Shown here one piece after another: positions 38,772 to 51,695 of a DNA stretch of 64,000 nucleotides. The position numbers were made by a program, and so were the translations under genes. The first letter of the stretch is position 1. Each line of letters starts with the position of its first letter. The stretch covers positions 968 to 64,967 of the forward strand of contig CAYQEJ010000002.1 of assembly GCA_964416505.1 (NCBI GenBank). The letters are read 5' to 3'. This stretch comes from an uncultured Gammaproteobacteria bacterium (GTDB lineage Bacteria > Patescibacteriota > Microgenomatia > Levybacterales > UBA12049). The notes beneath the pieces were generated by a model. It had not been told where the DNA came from, did no database searches, and saw only the letters and a list, made by a program, of their open reading frames with translations.

Positions 38772-39323
38772 ATGAGTAAAGAAAATTTATTGCACCAAGA
38801 AGATGACTTTAGAAGTGAATTCCGAAGACATTTTCCGTCAGGAACAATAATTCCATTAGAAGCTTCACAAATTAGAGATAGAAGGGTAAGACGTTATTTT
38901 AGAATGGACGACCCAACGGAAGGTGGAGGAGATTTAAATTTTGCAGTTCGACATCCAGATGAAAGCACAACTTATGCTTTTGCAACATATGACCCTGACA
39001 CAACCGTAGTGGGCGAAATGGGTTTTATAGATATAAGTCCCCGTGGACTAGTAGCAGGTTATGGATCAATGATGTTTGGCTGGATAGGTGAAAACGCTGA
39101 GCAACTAATAGCAGAAGTAAGGTGGACAGACACCGTAAGACACATGAGAAGAAGGGGACTTGGAACCAGAAGGCTAGAACTGATGAATGCGTTCGCAAGA
39201 ACTTTTCGCGGTGTTCCTCTTCAATCCGATTGGCCAACTGAATCAGCAACTGGAGTATGGCAAAAACTTGTTAATCAGGAAAGAGCCACAACTACAGAAC
39301 ATGGAGATTTTATTTTCCGCTAG
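38772..39323 (+). CDS. GNAT-like acetyltransferase (cassette 1)
   Basis: RRRGLGTR acetyl-CoA motif A; A..VWQKL. Confidence 0.6.
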   Translation: MSKENLLHQEDDFRSEFRRHFPSGTIIPLEASQIRDRRVRRYFRMDDPTEGGGDLNFAVRHPDESTTYAFATYDPDTTVVGEMGFIDISPRGLVAGYGSMMFGWIGENAEQLIAEVRWTDTVRHMRRRGLGTRRLELMNAFARTFRGVPLQSDWPTESATGVWQKLVNQERATTTEHGDFIFR

Positions 39324-39329
39324 ATATAC

Positions 39330-39374
39330 GCCAACCCCCGCCTCGCATTAGAGAACTTATTTCTAAACCTATAG
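39330..39374 (+). repeat. holB 3'-end repeat, copy R1
   Basis: 41/45 identical to R0, all four changes synonymous. Confidence 0.95.
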
Positions 39375-39409
39375 TTTATTTTTAGCCTCACTTCTGATAT
39401 AATTTCGCG

Positions 39410-40036
39410 ATGCATGAACTTGGCCCACGTCCAGGAGTAGACCAGAGATCTCAACAGAGCAGAAGAGACTTTCTCAAAAACGCTGCAAGATTTTCTACTG
39501 GTATAGTTATCGCAAGTGCGCTTCCGGAAATCGAAAAACCGGCTTTTGGTGAATTGAGCAGAATAACTGCTGATGTTACAAGAAAACAAACAGGAAATTC
39601 TGGATTTAGAGATAACATTCTTGAACAGTGTAAAAATAGCCCTGATATACAACAGTGCAGTACGGATTATTTACGCTCACCTGACACTCAGCTATTAACT
39701 GTAGTTTTTGCGCCGATAAATGAAGAATTTCAATACAGAGCGGTGCCATCTTTATTGGTCAGTGCAACTGACAAAAACACAAAAAATCCCTTTAAGGATT
39801 TAGCTGTTGGAACTGGAGGCTTTAAATTTAGCAGAAGAGAACTCGTGGCGGGTGCCATAACTACATTAACTTTCGGATTTTTACATAACGTAACAAATAA
39901 GGGCTTCGACACAAATACAATTCCTGTATCTCAGCTAGCTCTAGGAGCTGTAAATTGGGTATTACAAAGAAGATTTGGAGCACTGGCTCCGATAATTAAT
40001 CATGCTCGATGGAATTATAAGTTTAACAACGAATAA
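39410..40036 (+). CDS. CPBP/Abi-family intramembrane protease-like protein with twin-arginine-like motif (cassette 2)
   Basis: SRRDFLK; APINEEFQYR, FGFLH and H...N motifs. Confidence 0.7.
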   Translation: MHELGPRPGVDQRSQQSRRDFLKNAARFSTGIVIASALPEIEKPAFGELSRITADVTRKQTGNSGFRDNILEQCKNSPDIQQCSTDYLRSPDTQLLTVVFAPINEEFQYRAVPSLLVSATDKNTKNPFKDLAVGTGGFKFSRRELVAGAITTLTFGFLHNVTNKGFDTNTIPVSQLALGAVNWVLQRRFGALAPIINHARWNYKFNNE

Positions 40037-40048
40037 ACTTATTCCTAC

Positions 40049-40093
40049 GCCAATCCTCGCCTCGCCCTCGAAAACCTTTTCCTAAATATTTGA
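40049..40093 (+). repeat. holB 3'-end repeat, copy R2
   Basis: 35/45 identical to R0; encodes ANPRLALENLFLNI*; TGA overlaps TTGACA. Confidence 0.9.
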
Positions 40094-40123
40094 CACCTAA
40101 TTATCCTGTAGTATAATTACGCT

Positions 40124-41281
40124 ATGGGAAACGAGGGGAACATAAGACCTATTAATCCTAAGGATGCAGCATTTATCTCAAGATTAAGAACTATCGCATC
40201 TCCAACTCCTGTTGTAATTGAGCCATCAATAACTCCTAAAAATCCAGATGCTCCCGATAGAGAAAGGGCAATAAAAGCAACTTTCGAAGCAGCAAATCAA
40301 GCTGTGGGCACTATGCGTCTTGCAGAAGAAATAAGAGACCATCTACTCCCAGGCTGGAGCGTTGAAACGATAGACTCTACCTCTTTAGGATATCAAACAA
40401 GCTATCGTTTTAGTGAACATTCCCCACGTCATGAAGGAGAAGAAATGAGATTTTCTTTTTTTGGAGCAATATTAAAAAATTCCATGGAAGGAAAAGTCAT
40501 CGCAGTAGGATTCGCAGGAGATCCATTCAGTGATTATATATTTGGTCCAGAAGATATCGATAGGGGATTTACTGGTTTATCTTTTGGAGTTTCCTATGCG
40601 GAAGGTAAACCAAATTCAGATACAAATACACTCGCCGAAGCAATAAATGCAATTAGAGGAATAGGGATTGAAGATGTGCGTCATGAACCAGAGCCTAGAT
40701 ATAGATATTTTGACACAACATCGAGGGTAGTCCTTGGTAAAAGATCAAGACAAAGCATAAAATCTAATGAAGAAACTCCGACTGAAGATCAAAGTGATTT
40801 TAATCCTGAAAGTGGAGCTATATTAAAAGACTATTACCCAGCAGAAGGAATGTATGTAGAAAAATTAAGACAAGTTATGGAAGATGGACTCGCAGCAGTT
40901 TTTGAACTACAACCTAATTTACCAGTCCAAGAAAGAAATCGAGAGCTTACACCACATATAATAGACGTTATTAGACAGACCATGTCTCATTATGCTAGCC
41001 TAGGAGCAATGAATGATCGACCCTATGGAGATATTGGAGGCCAATATATAGCTGCAACCGAACGGGGCTACGGAAATTATTTGTCATCCATAACTAGCCT
41101 TCAAGAAGTTGTAACAAAATGGTGGATGGAGGGAGCAGCAAGAATTAGATCTCTTAGAGAGAGCAGGCCTTTGATAATTCCATCAGGAGGAGGAAGATAC
41201 CATACGCCTCCTTCTCCTACATTCCTAGGTCAACCCATAATTCATATTGAAAGACCCTTTGATCCGGATTCTGCCGACTAA
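40124..41281 (+). CDS. Hypothetical protein (cassette 3)
   Basis: 385-aa ORF; promoter TTGACA-16-TATAAT then ATG after a 6-nt gap. Confidence 0.7.
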   Translation: MGNEGNIRPINPKDAAFISRLRTIASPTPVVIEPSITPKNPDAPDRERAIKATFEAANQAVGTMRLAEEIRDHLLPGWSVETIDSTSLGYQTSYRFSEHSPRHEGEEMRFSFFGAILKNSMEGKVIAVGFAGDPFSDYIFGPEDIDRGFTGLSFGVSYAEGKPNSDTNTLAEAINAIRGIGIEDVRHEPEPRYRYFDTTSRVVLGKRSRQSIKSNEETPTEDQSDFNPESGAILKDYYPAEGMYVEKLRQVMEDGLAAVFELQPNLPVQERNRELTPHIIDVIRQTMSHYASLGAMNDRPYGDIGGQYIAATERGYGNYLSSITSLQEVVTKWWMEGAARIRSLRESRPLIIPSGGGRYHTPPSPTFLGQPIIHIERPFDPDSAD

Positions 41282-41311
41282 TCAAAAATTGCTTAAATTC
41301 CCTTTAAATAT

Positions 41312-41342
41312 TAGCCTCGCAAGGCCAGACCTTGCGAGGCTA
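41312..41342. repeat. REP-like palindrome copy 2
   Basis: TAGCCTCGCAAGGCCAGACCTTGCGAGGCTA, 13-bp perfect arms. Confidence 0.9.
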
Positions 41343-41385
41343 TTTGATAATTGAAATAGGGAGATGTATACTACAGGACAATAAA

Positions 41386-42165
41386 ATGTCCAGAGATATT
41401 TACGATCAATTTAGAGCTGCTCAAGAAGCATTAGCTGTAAAAGCAGCAGAAGAAGCAAGAAGATTAAATGAAGCTGCACAAAGAGCAGCTGACGTAGAGG
41501 CTGCAAAAAAAGCTGAAGTAATTAGGGCAGCCAATGAAAAACAACGCTTAAGAGATGAAAAAGTAGCCGCGCAAAGAAAAGAACTAGAACCTGTTGCCCA
41601 ACAACTTCAGGAAATTTTGGAAGCCATTAAAAATCATGATCCAAGGATTCAGGCAGCAAGAGAAAAAGATGTTGCACTAACAACTGCAATTATTGGACAA
41701 ATTGATGATCCTAGATTGTTATTTGTTCTATTCCTAAGATGGGGAAATAAATTTGGGTTATCCCCACAGGAAGTACATCAACTAGAACATCCTAAAAAAG
41801 GACTCATAGCAAAATATTTAGGAGAAGAAACTCCAGACAAAATAATCGGTGAAGATTTCCAGCAGGTAACAGTAACTCTAGGCGTTGACTGGATAAGCAC
41901 TGTGTCCGAACATGGCTTAGCTCCTAGACTAAAAACAGAAGACTTTATTGGAGACAATTCGTTAGTTTTTCCTACGCTGGCTACTGCTATCGAACATCCT
42001 ATGAGTAGATTTGAGTCTTTTGAACTTTTTAACAACAAATATTCAGATACAAAACATTATCAACGAAGAGATAGACAGGGTAGAGGATGGGATATGAGTT
42101 CTGTAGATTTATTTGGAAGAAGAGAATTTGAAAATCAACCTCAAGATCCTGGTGATTCATGGTAA
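41386..42165 (+). CDS. Hypothetical protein with N-terminal coiled coil
   Basis: Start MSRDIYDQ; Ala/Glu/Arg-rich helix. Confidence 0.7.
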   Translation: MSRDIYDQFRAAQEALAVKAAEEARRLNEAAQRAADVEAAKKAEVIRAANEKQRLRDEKVAAQRKELEPVAQQLQEILEAIKNHDPRIQAAREKDVALTTAIIGQIDDPRLLFVLFLRWGNKFGLSPQEVHQLEHPKKGLIAKYLGEETPDKIIGEDFQQVTVTLGVDWISTVSEHGLAPRLKTEDFIGDNSLVFPTLATAIEHPMSRFESFELFNNKYSDTKHYQRRDRQGRGWDMSSVDLFGRREFENQPQDPGDSW

Positions 42166-42178
42166 AACTTTCTTTTCC

Positions 42179-42223
42179 GCCAACCCCCGCCTCACCCTCG
42201 AAAATCTATTTCCAATTATTTGA
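42179..42223 (+). repeat. holB 3'-end repeat, copy R3 (most diverged)
   Basis: 31/45 identical to R0; encodes ANPRLTLENLFPII*; shares the TTGACACCTAAnTATCCTGTAG extension with R2. Confidence 0.85.
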
Positions 42224-42238
42224 CACCTAAATATCCTG

Positions 42239-42269
42239 TAGCCACGCAAGGTCTGGCCTTGCGAGGCTA
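42239..42269. repeat. REP-like palindrome copy 3
   Basis: TAGCCACGCAAGGTCTGGCCTTGCGAGGCTA. Confidence 0.88.
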
Positions 42270-42287
42270 AGAAAAATGTAAAAATTC

Positions 42288-42887
42288 CTAGACTCGGAAG
42301 CCTTCGCTTCTTAAAGCCACTTTGTTTAATTCTACCGTAGCTCGATCGGTTGTAAAATATGGCCGATTAACTGTAATTATCGCACTTCCTCGTGCATGAT
42401 GTTCATAACCTCGGGTTAATTCATGCCAAGTAGTAACATGAGGAACTAGAGGAGACCTGATTGGGACAAGATCGTATATAGTAGCCTGCTCATACCCAGA
42501 GGGATCCTCAAAAATTAAGGTATCAGGAGAAGTTCTTGGAAAAACCCCAAGCTGAAAACCGAGATCAAGTACTACATCTGAGGTAAAACCTCTTTCTCCT
42601 GTAATCTCGGGTATTACTTTTCTGAATGTATCGCTAAATTCTCCCTCTCCCCAAATTAGCTTAGCGCCAGAGACCAGAAGGGCTCCTGGTTTCTTAGTGG
42701 CTGCTAGTTCCCTTATTCTTCTTAAAGCTTCTTCAACTGTAACTCCTAGTTCGTATGAACCCCATCCGTCAATTGCGCCTTCATATCCGGGTCTTCCTTC
42801 CCTCATCGCTTCAAGGTCGCGTCTCCTCCAATCAATGTCGAACTCTAAAGAGCCTTGAAATCTTGGGCCACTTTCTACTTGACTCAT
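42288..42887 (-). CDS. Hypothetical protein
   Basis: 199-aa ORF; TATAAT 6 nt before ATG. Confidence 0.65.
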   Translation of the reverse strand: MSQVESGPRFQGSLEFDIDWRRRDLEAMREGRPGYEGAIDGWGSYELGVTVEEALRRIRELAATKKPGALLVSGAKLIWGEGEFSDTFRKVIPEITGERGFTSDVVLDLGFQLGVFPRTSPDTLIFEDPSGYEQATIYDLVPIRSPLVPHVTTWHELTRGYEHHARGSAIITVNRPYFTTDRATVELNKVALRSEGFRV

Positions 42888-42963
42888 CCTATAATTATAC
42901 CACCGAAAGCCAAATTAGCCTTTTAAATTGACACTAAAGCTGATTTTTGAAACTATCAGATTG

Positions 42964-43344
42964 GTGAATAATTGTAAGTTTTGTAAAAGTCCCACTCAGG
43001 AGAGTTTTTATTTCTGTCCTAATTGTGGAAAGAAAATAAAAGAACCTCCATTTAAGTTTTCGGTGGGGAAGTCTATTACTATTATAATAGGGGCGATTCT
43101 TCTACCTCCTTTTGGAATAATTCCGGGAATTCGATATTTCCTGAAAGATGACAGACGGGCGCAATTTGTGGGAGTAACTACAATTGTTGTTACTATAATT
43201 ATGTCAGTCTTAGCAGTTTTGTTTACGATAAATTTAGTTAATGGATTTTCAAAATCATACAACGATATTCTAAAACTCCAAGGAGGCGCACCAGCATCCA
43301 CAAATCAAAAAGATATCTTAAATCAAATCCAAGATCTTCAATAG
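42964..43344 (+). CDS. Zinc-ribbon membrane protein
   Basis: CKFC...FCPNCG followed by two TM helices (LLPPFG); start uncertain. Confidence 0.7.
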   Translation: MNNCKFCKSPTQESFYFCPNCGKKIKEPPFKFSVGKSITIIIGAILLPPFGIIPGIRYFLKDDRRAQFVGVTTIVVTIIMSVLAVLFTINLVNGFSKSYNDILKLQGGAPASTNQKDILNQIQDLQ

Positions 43345-43375
43345 CTTCTTATATTCATTTGGTATAATATCAGGC

Positions 43376-43603
43376 ATGGAAAGACCTGTTTGGATCAGTA
43401 GATCAACGATTAGAAGAACCGACGCTCCCAGATGGGAACCAAAACGAGTAGAACCTATAAATGACATAATTCATAATCATGCAATTCATGAAATCAAAGA
43501 AGAAATGATGCATGAACTATGGGGGAGATATGGGAATGATAGAACTTTTGGAAGATTTGTCGATAGAATAAAAACACAAGAAGGACTTGAAGATCATAGA
43601 TAA
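43376..43603 (+). CDS. Small hypothetical protein
   Basis: TGGTATAAT 7 nt before ATG. Confidence 0.5.
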   Translation: MERPVWISRSTIRRTDAPRWEPKRVEPINDIIHNHAIHEIKEEMMHELWGRYGNDRTFGRFVDRIKTQEGLEDHR

Positions 43604-43645
43604 GATCTGGAAACCATTCGTTTTTTTTGCTAAGATAGTCTATAA

Positions 43646-45652
<2,007 letters not shown>

Positions 45653-45709
45653 AAGAATTTGAATAATAATCATTGAGGAGTCAAGCTAAAATTGCTATAA
45701 TATCTTTTT

Positions 45710-47749
45710 ATGGATTTATCTTTCATAATCAGTAATGCCCTAAACCTCTGCTTAGGAGCTGGATTTTTATCCATTCTTTATGGCGCGTATTTAAGCTTTG
45801 TAATCATCAGGAATCCTCGCGGTGATGAAAAAATGAACGCAATAGCAGATGCTATCTCTCAAGGAGCAAATGCTTTTATGAGAAAGCAATATATTGTTAT
45901 CTCTATAATAGGAATTGTTATTCTCGCAGGATTATATTTAATTCTTGGTTCATATACAGCAATTGGTTTTGCAATCGGAGCAATATTTTCTGCACTAGCA
46001 GGAATTTTCGGAATGAGTATTGCCGTAAAAAGCAATATTAGGACTGCGGAAGCTGCAAAATCCGGATTATCAAAAGCATTTGGGATGGCATTTAAAGGCG
46101 GAGCAGTCACAGGACTATTAGTTTGTGGACTTGCTCTTATATCTGTAGCAGGCTTCTATATGTTTCTTAGCTCACAAGATTCCACACCAAACCTACAACC
46201 TTTAGTTGCGCTCGGTTTTGGTGGATCACTTATTTCTGTTTTCGCTAGACTCGGTGGAGGAATATTTACAAAATCTGCTGACGTAGGAACAGATATGGTA
46301 GGAAAGATCGAAAAGGGAATTCCAGAAGATGATCCTAGAAATCCAGGAGTAATCGCTGATTTAGTAGGGGATAACGTTGGAGATGATGCAGGAATGGCAG
46401 CAGATCTATTCGAAACTTATGTAATCACTGCAGTTGCAACAATGATTCTTGGAGATTTAGCATTTAGAGGAAATCAATCAGTTCTACTTTACCCATTATT
46501 AATTGGTGCAATTTCTATAGTTACAAGTATTGTTGGTACTTGGTTTGTAAGAGTCAGAGGAAAATCTATTATGGCAGCTTTATATCAAGGGCTCTTAGTA
46601 TCAGCAGGGCTCGCTTTGGTAGGATTTTACTTCTTAACCAATCTCTTCTTCCCAAATGGACTAGGTGGAATTAGTTCAATGTCTATTTTTATTTCTTCCA
46701 TCATCGGACTCGTTATTACGCTTGGAATGGTAGCAATTACTGAATTCTATACCTCCAAAAAATTTAGTCCTGTTAGAACAATTGCAAATGCTTCGACAAC
46801 TGGACACGGAACAAATGTAATCGCCGGACTAGCAGTATCTATGAAATCTACTCTTCTCCCAATTCTTTTAATCTCAGCTGGAACACTCTTAGCTTACCAA
46901 TTAGCAGGTCTTTATGGAATTGCTATAGCTGCAATGTCTATGCTTTCTCTTACTGGAATCGTTGTGGCAATCGATGCATTCGGACCCATCACAGATAACG
47001 CAGGAGGAATCGTAGAAATGTCAGGCCTTCCTGAAAAAGTAAGAAATGTTACAGATCCGCTTGATGCCGTAGGAAATACTACAAAAGCAGTTACCAAAGC
47101 ATACGCGATTGGTTCTGCAGGACTTGCTGCATTAGTTTTATTTGCAAGCTACACAGAAGAGTTAGTTCATCTTGGAGGAGAAATTACTTCGGCTGCATTC
47201 ACTCTTTCTGATCCAAGAGTAATCATTGGACTTTTCATCGGAGGAGCATTACCTTATTTCTTCGGAGCATTAGCAATGGAAGCAGTTGGAAAAGCTTCAG
47301 TAGCAGTAGTAGATGAAGTAAGACGTCAGTTCAAAGAGATCAAAGGAATTATGACTGGAAAAGCAAAACCAGAATATGCAAAAGCTGTAGATATCGTTAC
47401 AACCGCTGCAATAAAACAGATGATTGTTCCAGCGCTTATTCCAGTAGTTGCCCCTATCTTAGTTGGATTCTTATTGGGACCAAAAGCACTCGGTGGACTT
47501 CTTATCGGATCCATCATAACAGGACTGTTTGTAGGAATTTCAATGACTACAGGTGGAGCTGCATGGGATAATACGAAAAAATACATCGAAGAAGGAAAAC
47601 TAGGTGGAAAAGGAAGCTTTGCTCATCAAGCAGCAGTCACCGGAGACACAGTAGGAGATCCATACAAAGACACAGCCGGACCAGCAATCAACCCAATGAT
47701 TAAAGTACTAAACATCGTAGCATTATTAATTGCTTCATTTTTAGTTTAA
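45710..47749 (+). CDS. hppA: Membrane-bound H+-translocating pyrophosphatase (K+-independent type)
   Basis: [31 protein letters not shown] (Lys determinant), [11 protein letters not shown]. Confidence 0.95.
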   Translation: MDLSFIISNALNLCLGAGFLSILYGAYLSFVIIRNPRGDEKMNAIADAISQGANAFMRKQYIVISIIGIVILAGLYLILGSYTAIGFAIGAIFSALAGIFGMSIAVKSNIRTAEAAKSGLSKAFGMAFKGGAVTGLLVCGLALISVAGFYMFLSSQDSTPNLQPLVALGFGGSLISVFARLGGGIFTKSADVGTDMVGKIEKGIPEDDPRNPGVIADLVGDNVGDDAGMAADLFETYVITAVATMILGDLAFRGNQSVLLYPLLIGAISIVTSIVGTWFVRVRGKSIMAALYQGLLVSAGLALVGFYFLTNLFFPNGLGGISSMSIFISSIIGLVITLGMVAITEFYTSKKFSPVRTIANASTTGHGTNVIAGLAVSMKSTLLPILLISAGTLLAYQLAGLYGIAIAAMSMLSLTGIVVAIDAFGPITDNAGGIVEMSGLPEKVRNVTDPLDAVGNTTKAVTKAYAIGSAGLAALVLFASYTEELVHLGGEITSAAFTLSDPRVIIGLFIGGALPYFFGALAMEAVGKASVAVVDEVRRQFKEIKGIMTGKAKPEYAKAVDIVTTAAIKQMIVPALIPVVAPILVGFLLGPKALGGLLIGSIITGLFVGISMTTGGAAWDNTKKYIEEGKLGGKGSFAHQAAVTGDTVGDPYKDTAGPAINPMIKVLNIVALLIASFLV

Positions 47750-47833
47750 TTACTAATCTTTCCTCAAAATCAAACAAATTTTGAAGGAATGAAACGGCCG
47801 AAAAGCCGAAGGCAATAACCTTATTTCGACGAC

Positions 47834-50296
47834 ATGGCTGACATAGGAAAACTTCACCAGACAGAAATCACCAGCGAGATGAAAAGAGCGTATTTAGATT
47901 ACGCTATGTCAGTTATCGTCTCCCGCGCACTCCCAGATGTCAGAGACGGCCTAAAACCAGTACATAGAAGAATTCTCTTTGCTATGGATGAGCTGGGCCT
48001 TTCTCATAGTGCAAAATATTCCAAGAGTGCAAAAATAGTTGGAGAAGTAATGGGAAAATATCATCCGCATGGAGATATGGCTATTTATGATGCACTCGTA
48101 CGTCTTGCTCAAGATTTTTCTATGAGATATCCACTTATCGACGGGCAGGGAAATTTTGGCTCCATGGATGGAGATCCACCTGCTGCTATGCGTTACACAG
48201 AAGCCAGAATGTCATCGATTACAGCTGAAATGCTTCATGACATTGAAAAAGAAACGGTAGAATTTATAAATAACTTCGATGCTACACTTCAGGAACCAAA
48301 CTATCTCCCTGCAAAGCTTCCAAATCTTTTATTAATGGGTTCAGAGGGAATTGCTGTAGGAATGGCCACAAAAATTCCACCACATAATCTTGGAGAAATA
48401 ATCGATGCCGTAAATTACATGATAGGAAAAACCAAGGTAAATCCAGATCCAATTTCCGTCACCTCAGATGTTACAGTTGATGAGCTTCTAGAATTTATAA
48501 AAGGTCCAGATTTTCCAACGGCAGGAAGTATCTATGACATAACTGAAATTAAAAATGTCTACACAACAGGACGCGGGAAGATTCTAATTCGAGGAAAAGC
48601 AGATATCGAAGAAATCGGTCAGGGAAAATCCGCAATTATAATCACGGAACTTCCATATCAGGTTAATAAGGCCCTTTTAGTAGCAAGAATTGCAGAGCTA
48701 GTAAGAGAAAAAAAGATTGAAGGAATTTCCGACCTTAGAGACGAATCAGATCGACATGGAATCAGAGTTGTAGTTGAACTTAAAAGAGACTCTTCACCCA
48801 AGAGAGTACTTAATAATTTGTTTAAGTACACAAGTCTTCAAACTACATTTCCAGCAAATATTGTGGCACTTGTAGACAACACACCACAAACATTAAATCT
48901 TAAAACGATTCTTGAAGAATACATAAAACACAGATATATAGTTGTTAAAAAACGCTCTGAATTTGAACTCAAACAGGCAAAAGCACGCCTTCATATTTTA
49001 GAAGGACTCAAAATCGCTGTTGACAATTTAGATGCAGTAATTAAAACAATAAGAGAGTCTAAGACTCAAGATGATGCTAAGGAAAACTTAATGAAAAAAT
49101 TCAAGCTATCTGAGCTTCAGGCAGTAGCAATACTCGACCTTCAACTTCGTCGACTTGCAGCTCTTGAAAGACAAAAAATAGAGGACGAATATCAGATGGT
49201 TAAAGAAACTATCGCATACCTGGAAGATCTTTTAGCACATCCTGAGAAAATCTTAAAAGTCATAAAAGATGAATGCGACTATCTTAAGGAAAAGTATGCG
49301 GATGAAAGAAGAACAAAAGTTTATAAAGGAAAAGTTGGAGAATTCTCCGAAGAAGATCTTATTCCAAATGAACCAACAGTTATAACGCTTACTACTACTG
49401 GATACATAAAAAGACAAAGCTTAACCAGCTTCAGAACTCAACAAAGGGGAGGGAAGGGAGTTAAAGGCATGACCACTAAGGATGAGGATGGAATTATGAA
49501 TATCAGATCTACTATGACACATGATAATATACTATTCTTTACAAATAGAGGCAAAGTTTATCAAACAAAAGCTTATGAAATAGATGAATCTTCAAGAACA
49601 AGTAAAGGAACTGCAGTAGTGAATTTAATCAACATTGAATCCGGAGAAAAAGTAGAATCATTTATTACATACAATAAGGATGATCAATTCAAATATATTT
49701 TCCTAACTACCAGAAATGGTACTGTTAAAAAAACTGCAAAATCAGAATTTGAAAATATCAGAAAATCAGGAATCGTAGCAATAAAACTTGATAAAGGAGA
49801 CGAGCTTGCATGGAGCAATCCTACAACAGGCGCAGATGACATATTAGTCTATACAAGAAACGGAAAGTGCATCAGGTTTGACGAGAAATCAATTAGACCT
49901 CTAGGAAGAGCCACTATGGGTGTTCGAGGAATTAAGCTGTCAGGAGATGACATGGTAGTAGGAATGGACGTAGTTACCAAAGATGCAAATCCAGAGCTTT
50001 TAACTATCATGGAAAATGGGTACGGAAAGAGAACCTTAGTTAAAGAGTTCAACGCGCAAAGTAGAGGAGGAATGGGAGTAAAAATCGCTGAAGTAACTAC
50101 AAAAACAGGGAAAGTAGCATCCTCTCAAATTATTCCAACGAATGCAAAAGAAGTTATTATCACTTCTATCAAAGGTCAGGTCGTAAGACTAGAAATAAAT
50201 TCAATACCAAAACTTTCACGCGCGACTCAAGGAGTAATTCTTATGAGATTTTCTAAACAAGACGATAAAATCGCAGCCATAACTTGCGTAGAATGA
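47834..50296 (+). CDS. gyrA: DNA gyrase subunit A
   Basis: [22 protein letters not shown], GyrA box QQRGGKG. Confidence 0.98.
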   Translation: MADIGKLHQTEITSEMKRAYLDYAMSVIVSRALPDVRDGLKPVHRRILFAMDELGLSHSAKYSKSAKIVGEVMGKYHPHGDMAIYDALVRLAQDFSMRYPLIDGQGNFGSMDGDPPAAMRYTEARMSSITAEMLHDIEKETVEFINNFDATLQEPNYLPAKLPNLLLMGSEGIAVGMATKIPPHNLGEIIDAVNYMIGKTKVNPDPISVTSDVTVDELLEFIKGPDFPTAGSIYDITEIKNVYTTGRGKILIRGKADIEEIGQGKSAIIITELPYQVNKALLVARIAELVREKKIEGISDLRDESDRHGIRVVVELKRDSSPKRVLNNLFKYTSLQTTFPANIVALVDNTPQTLNLKTILEEYIKHRYIVVKKRSEFELKQAKARLHILEGLKIAVDNLDAVIKTIRESKTQDDAKENLMKKFKLSELQAVAILDLQLRRLAALERQKIEDEYQMVKETIAYLEDLLAHPEKILKVIKDECDYLKEKYADERRTKVYKGKVGEFSEEDLIPNEPTVITLTTTGYIKRQSLTSFRTQQRGGKGVKGMTTKDEDGIMNIRSTMTHDNILFFTNRGKVYQTKAYEIDESSRTSKGTAVVNLINIESGEKVESFITYNKDDQFKYIFLTTRNGTVKKTAKSEFENIRKSGIVAIKLDKGDELAWSNPTTGADDILVYTRNGKCIRFDEKSIRPLGRATMGVRGIKLSGDDMVVGMDVVTKDANPELLTIMENGYGKRTLVKEFNAQSRGGMGVKIAEVTTKTGKVASSQIIPTNAKEVIITSIKGQVVRLEINSIPKLSRATQGVILMRFSKQDDKIAAITCVE

Positions 50297-51135
50297 AACT
50301 AGACGGTAAAACAATTTCTTCCAATATACTAATTGAACTAGAAAAGCGTGTAGAAGTTCTCAAGAAAAAAAACACAGTGCCCACAATGGCCATAATCCTT
50401 ATGGGAGACAATGAGGCTTCTAAGATCTATGTCAACCAAAAAAGATTAAAAGCAGAAGCAATAGGAGCTAAAGTAGATATTTATCCAACATCAAACGAAA
50501 CCACGCAAGAAGAATTGGAAAAACTTATCAAGAAGCTTGATAAAAATCCTAAAATACATGGAATAATCATTCAACGTCCAGCTGGACCAAATGTCGATGC
50601 TGATAAGTTGACTGAATTAATTTCAGGAAAAAAGGAAATTGACGGATTTGGTTCACACTCAGAATACCCAGTTCCAGTTGCCGAAGCTTCACTTCTTATG
50701 ATTCAGGAAGCGTTCGAGACGAATAAACAAAAGAAAGGTTTTTCCAGTTGGCTTAAAAATCAAAAAATCGCTGTAATTGGAAAGGGAGAAACAGCAGGAA
50801 AACCTATTATCAATTTGCTTGAAAAGAATGGAGTCATTCCTACAGTTATTGATTCAAAAACAGAAAACAAAGAAAAAAAACTCAAAGAAGCAGATATTAT
50901 TATCACCGCTGTCGGAAAAACTATTCTTTCAACTAAGCAATTTAAAAAGGGCGCAATTCTTATCGGAGTCGGCCTCTACACTGATGAAAATGGAAAACTA
51001 AGAGGCGACTACAATAATTCTGACGTTGAAAATGTGGCAAGCTTTTACTCCCCAACCCCTGGTGGAGTAGGACCTGTAAATGTTGCATGCCTTTTAGAAA
51101 ATTTAATCAAAGCTGCAGAAAATCAATCCAAATAA
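50293..51135 (+). CDS. folD: Methylenetetrahydrofolate dehydrogenase/cyclohydrolase
   Basis: LDGK..S, S.IYV..K, HGIIIQ.P, KEIDG, PGGVGP. Confidence 0.88.
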   Translation: MKLDGKTISSNILIELEKRVEVLKKKNTVPTMAIILMGDNEASKIYVNQKRLKAEAIGAKVDIYPTSNETTQEELEKLIKKLDKNPKIHGIIIQRPAGPNVDADKLTELISGKKEIDGFGSHSEYPVPVAEASLLMIQEAFETNKQKKGFSSWLKNQKIAVIGKGETAGKPIINLLEKNGVIPTVIDSKTENKEKKLKEADIIITAVGKTILSTKQFKKGAILIGVGLYTDENGKLRGDYNNSDVENVASFYSPTPGGVGPVNVACLLENLIKAAENQSK

Positions 51136-51227
51136 CCTCTAGTTAGACTTTATAGTTGATAAACATTGATCTATCAATCTAATTTTTATTGACATCATAA
51201 CTTATAGTGTGCTAGAATCCGCAAACA

Positions 51228-51647
51228 ATGAAAAACACTGATAATTTTGAAATAAACTACTGGGGGAAAGACTTCCAAAATATTTACACAGAAGAGGATT
51301 ATTTACCCAAAAGAACTTTTAAACAAAAGCTTTTAATAGTAGTTTCATTCATTTCTGTTTTAGCAATCTTACCAACAACTATATTTACGATCACCACAAT
51401 TAATCAGAATAACGGCGAAAAAATTTCTAGCGCGATCGAAGCTCCAATCCCATCTCCAACTAAAGACGCGGAAATTACTCCAAAAATCGCGAGACCTGAT
51501 GCAGTGGAGATAATTAATAATGATAGTTATTGGAAAATAAGTAAGCGCGCTTGTGGAACAGGTAAATATTACCTTTCTATTCAAGAACAAAATGAAGGAA
51601 AAGCATTATATAAAGGTGAATTTGTAAAAGTAGATTGCTCCCTGTAA
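51228..51647 (+). CDS. Single-TM protein with degenerate LysM-like C-terminus
   Basis: TM, Pro-rich linker, NDSYWKISKR.CG.G..Y..I...N. Confidence 0.6.
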   Translation: MKNTDNFEINYWGKDFQNIYTEEDYLPKRTFKQKLLIVVSFISVLAILPTTIFTITTINQNNGEKISSAIEAPIPSPTKDAEITPKIARPDAVEIINNDSYWKISKRACGTGKYYLSIQEQNEGKALYKGEFVKVDCSL

Positions 51648-51695
51648 GTTAGATTGTCCTCTCTTGACAAACTCCTCCTCAATGTTTCAAGATAA

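Noticed and set aside
39320-39652. Antisense ORF spanning repeat R1, and other short opposite-strand ORFs in the track
   Set aside because: Shadows of well-supported genes, with no motifs or initiation signals
41367-41382. Inverted near-copy of the R2 extension (TATACTACAGGACAAT vs ATTATCCTGTAGTATA)
   Set aside because: Short, single and overlapping a -10 box; could be chance, so not reported separately
38666-42223. holB-tail repeats as a CRISPR array, DGR template/variable repeats, or attC integron
   Set aside because: Spacers are whole genes (0.6-2 kb), no cas or reverse transcriptase is present, changes are synonymous rather than adenine-specific, and there are no RYYYAAC/GTTRRRY attC ends or adjacent intI
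47788-47812. Hammerhead-like stem (ATGAAACGGCCGAAAAGCCGAAG) upstream of gyrA
   Set aside because: Lacks the CUGANGA and GAAA-stem III core; only a short hairpin
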